From contig JBBFKZ010000018.1 of the NCBI GenBank assembly GCA_037481775.1, positions 1 through 29,942 of the forward strand: 29,942 bases of DNA, read 5' to 3'. A program made the position numbers and the translations under genes. Source of the DNA: Candidatus Bathyarchaeia archaeon (GTDB lineage Archaea; Thermoproteota; Bathyarchaeia; Bathyarchaeales; Bathycorpusculaceae). The notes under the pieces are model-generated. The model was not told the DNA's origin and did no database searches. It saw only the letters and a list, made by a program, of their open reading frames with translations. Shown here piece by piece: positions 27,406 through 29,942 of the stretch. Position 1 is the first letter of the stretch. Every line of letters begins with the position of its first letter.

Positions 27406-28692
27406 ATGCGTGTTTTCGTAAAAAGCTATGGATGCGCGGCGAATTTAGCTGACGGGGAAGTTTTAGCAGGCTGCTTAGCGAAAGCAAGATACAAACTAGC
27501 ACAGTCCGCCGCAGAGGCAGACGTGGTGATTTACAATACCTGCGCGGTTAAAGCGCCTACAGAGAACCGTATGATCGAAGTTTTAAAGCGCGTTCCACCT
27601 GAGAAAAAGTTGATTGTCGCAGGTTGTTTGCCGCTTATCAATTTCGAAAGGTTACAGCGTGAAGTGCGTTTTGATGGTGTTGTTGGACCCGCCGCGGGCA
27701 GAAAAATCGTCGAGGCTGTAAAACGCGTTTCAGAAGGCAGAAAAATCATCATGTTAACCGACGCGACAGAGGCTATGCCATCGCTGGATCTTCCAAGATT
27801 GAAAGCAAACAGCGTAACAAGCATTCTGCCGGTTAATTATGGATGTTTAGGCATGTGCGCTTATTGCTGTGTTGTCTTTGCAAGAGGCCGCTTGAGGAGT
27901 TACCCAATTGCCAAGCTTGTCGAGAAAGTGCAGCAGGATGTGGCTGCTGGCATGAAAGAGCTCTGGATTACATCGCAAGATGCAGCGTGCTACGGAAGAG
28001 ACATCAACACGAATCTTGCAGCGTTGCTTAAAGCGATATGCAATGTAGATGGTGATTTTCGGGTTCGCGTTGGCATGATGACGCCGAACAGGGCTGCTGA
28101 CATCTTAGACGAGTTAATTGAGGCTTTTGAAACTCCTAAAATTTTCAAGTTTGTGCATCTGCCCGTGCAAAGCGGTGATAACGACGTTTTACAGCGAATG
28201 TGCCGCTTTTACAGCGTCCAAGATTTTAAAGAGGTAGTCGCGGCTTTTAGAGCCGCTTTCCCCGAGATTACCTTTGCGACAGATGTTATATGCGGTTTTC
28301 CAGGCGAAACACGCGAGGCCTTTGAAAACACGCTTAAGCTGATTAATGAAATAAAACCTGATATAGTTAATGTATCAAAGTTTTTTCCTAGACCACGAAC
28401 AACAGCCGCTGCAATGCAAGATGATTTTGTGGATTTAGCGGAAATTAAACGGAGAAGCACGGAAGTAACGAAGCTGGTTAAGCAAATCTCGCTGGCGAGA
28501 AACCAAAATTGGATCGGCTGGGCTGGCGAGGTTCTCATTGACGAGAAGGGGAAAGCGCCCAGCTCGTGGATAGGTAGGAACTTCGCTTATAAACCCGTGG
28601 TCGTTAAAAGCGCAGAAAACCTGCTTGGCAAAATGCTACAAGTTAAAATTGTAAAGGCCTTCCCCACGTACCTTGTTGGAAAAATTGAGTAA
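27406..28692 (+). CDS. tRNA t6A37 methylthiotransferase (archaeal MtaB/CDKAL1 type, MiaB-like)
   Basis: SYGC, NTCAVK and VAGC (UPF0004 domain), GCLGMCAYC radical SAM motif, HLPVQSG, GFPGET, C-terminal TRAM domain. ATG at 27406 (MRVFVKSYGC) is the likely start. Confidence 0.92.
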   Translation: MRVFVKSYGCAANLADGEVLAGCLAKARYKLAQSAAEADVVIYNTCAVKAPTENRMIEVLKRVPPEKKLIVAGCLPLINFERLQREVRFDGVVGPAAGRKIVEAVKRVSEGRKIIMLTDATEAMPSLDLPRLKANSVTSILPVNYGCLGMCAYCCVVFARGRLRSYPIAKLVEKVQQDVAAGMKELWITSQDAACYGRDINTNLAALLKAICNVDGDFRVRVGMMTPNRAADILDELIEAFETPKIFKFVHLPVQSGDNDVLQRMCRFYSVQDFKEVVAAFRAAFPEITFATDVICGFPGETREAFENTLKLINEIKPDIVNVSKFFPRPRTTAAAMQDDFVDLAEIKRRSTEVTKLVKQISLARNQNWIGWAGEVLIDEKGKAPSSWIGRNFAYKPVVVKSAENLLGKMLQVKIVKAFPTYLVGKIE

Positions 28693-28849
28693 AGACGCGG
28701 CCTGTGATTGACGCTTAACCAAACTTTAAATCGTTAAAGCTTCTCCAAGAAATGTGAGTAATCAACGATAATTTCTTTTCATTTTATGCAATGTATTTAT
28801 GTTTCACTTTAAAGTTACTTATCTCAACCAAAAAGGAACGGAAAGCAGA

Positions 28850-29914
28850 ATGACCGGCAAAGACGCAGTTACAATGTTGCATGGCGCTGGCGGCACAGTC
28901 ATGCACAAGCTAGTTAATGATTATATTGTAAAGTACTTCAGCGGCTTGGGCAACGCTGAGGTTCCGCTCGAGGCCTTAGATGACGCAGCAGTCATCGGCG
29001 ATGTCGTGCTAAAAAGTGACTCGCACGCGGTTAAGCCCATCTTCTTCCCAGGAGGCGACATCGGCCGCTTAGCGGTCTCCGGCACTGTAAACGATATTTC
29101 GTGCTTAGGCGCTGAGCCTTACGCTTTGGCATGCGGTTTGATTTTGGAGGAAGGCTTGCCGCTTTCCGACTTAGAAAGGATATTGGCAAGCATGCGGCAA
29201 ACATGCGTCGAAGCAAACGTTGGCATAGTAACAGGCGACACAAAAGTTGTCGAAAAGGGCAGTTTAGGCGGCTGCATCATGAATGTTTCAGGTATAGGCA
29301 GAAGAACCAAAGCGCTTGAGAACAACCTTGAAGTGGTCAAGCAGCACCGCAGCGGCTTCACGGCGCGATGGACGCTGGACTCCAACCTAAGCGTTGGCGA
29401 CAAGATAATTTTGTCTGGAACCATAGGCGATCACGGCTTGTCTGTGCTCTCAGCGCAGCAAGGGCTAACTTTTGGAAGCGAGATAAAAAGCGACGTTAAA
29501 CCCTTAAACCGACTTATTCAGCGTATGCTCGGCGAAGTCGGCGGTGTTGTCGCCATGAAAGATCCCACAAGAGGCGGTTTGGCAGACGCTCTAAATGAGC
29601 TCAGTGAAAAATCAAAGAAGGGCATACTAATTTACGAAGAAAAAATTCCGGTGAGAAATGATGTGCGTGCTGCTTGTGAAATGCTGGGTTTAGACCCGCT
29701 TGAAGTTGGAAATGAAGGAAAAATGATTATAGGCGTGGTGCCCGCGAAGGCGGAGCAGGCGCTGGAGTTTCTGAAGAAAACTGAGGAAGGCAGAAACGCG
29801 GAAATCATCGGCGAAGCCACAAGGGACTTCACAGGTGTGGCCATGCAAACTGTTGTCGGCGGCAAAAGGATAATCACGAGACCAGTAGGCGATCCGGTGC
29901 CGAGAATCTGCTGA
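28850..29914 (+). CDS. hypE: Hydrogenase maturation carbamoyl dehydratase HypE
   Basis: HGAGG, DSH.VKPIFFPGGDIG.LAV.GTVND, VTGDTKVV, DPTRGG, NEG, terminal PRIC. ATG at 28850 is the likely start. Confidence 0.96.
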   Translation: MTGKDAVTMLHGAGGTVMHKLVNDYIVKYFSGLGNAEVPLEALDDAAVIGDVVLKSDSHAVKPIFFPGGDIGRLAVSGTVNDISCLGAEPYALACGLILEEGLPLSDLERILASMRQTCVEANVGIVTGDTKVVEKGSLGGCIMNVSGIGRRTKALENNLEVVKQHRSGFTARWTLDSNLSVGDKIILSGTIGDHGLSVLSAQQGLTFGSEIKSDVKPLNRLIQRMLGEVGGVVAMKDPTRGGLADALNELSEKSKKGILIYEEKIPVRNDVRAACEMLGLDPLEVGNEGKMIIGVVPAKAEQALEFLKKTEEGRNAEIIGEATRDFTGVAMQTVVGGKRIITRPVGDPVPRIC

Positions 29915-29942
29915 AAAGACGACAAGCAGTAGGCGTCATTAG

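Noticed and set aside
28757-28820. Possible NikR operator upstream of hypE (GTA...TAC)
   Set aside because: Spacing and symmetry do not match the GTATGA-N16-TCATAC type site.

Overview
Archaeal chromosomal segment. Gene content and order (uL10/uL1/uL11-spt5-secE, ftsY-pfdA-rplX-aIF6-eL31-eL39-PDCD5-eS19, pantoate kinase, core methionine synthase) point to a TACK archaeon, most plausibly Bathyarchaeia (inference). It carries the start of a CoA-precursor operon (ECF S-component plus pantoate kinase), a HIT protein, a folate-independent core methionine synthase, a complete pstSCAB-phoU operon with a divergent AbrB/PhoU regulator, two translation/secretion clusters, DTD2, an atypical ornithine carbamoyltransferase and a frameshifted GNAT pseudogene. 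An accessory stretch follows (cupin, Cys-rich protein, GT-C glycosyltransferase, PPC protein), then a minus-strand run of DNA-damage genes (DinB, SPL-like radical SAM, TatD-associated radical SAM, AlkD), an MtaB-type methylthiotransferase and HypE. The most striking observation: the CdrS-like ribbon-helix-helix gene is followed not by a full ftsZ but by an intact ~95-codon ORF that aligns without gaps to only the last FtsZ subdomain elements plus a C-terminal tail, i.e. a GTPase-less 'mini-FtsZ'. ftsZ is also absent from the dtd-secE-spt5 locus. No rRNA, tRNA, CRISPR array or transposase was recognised.
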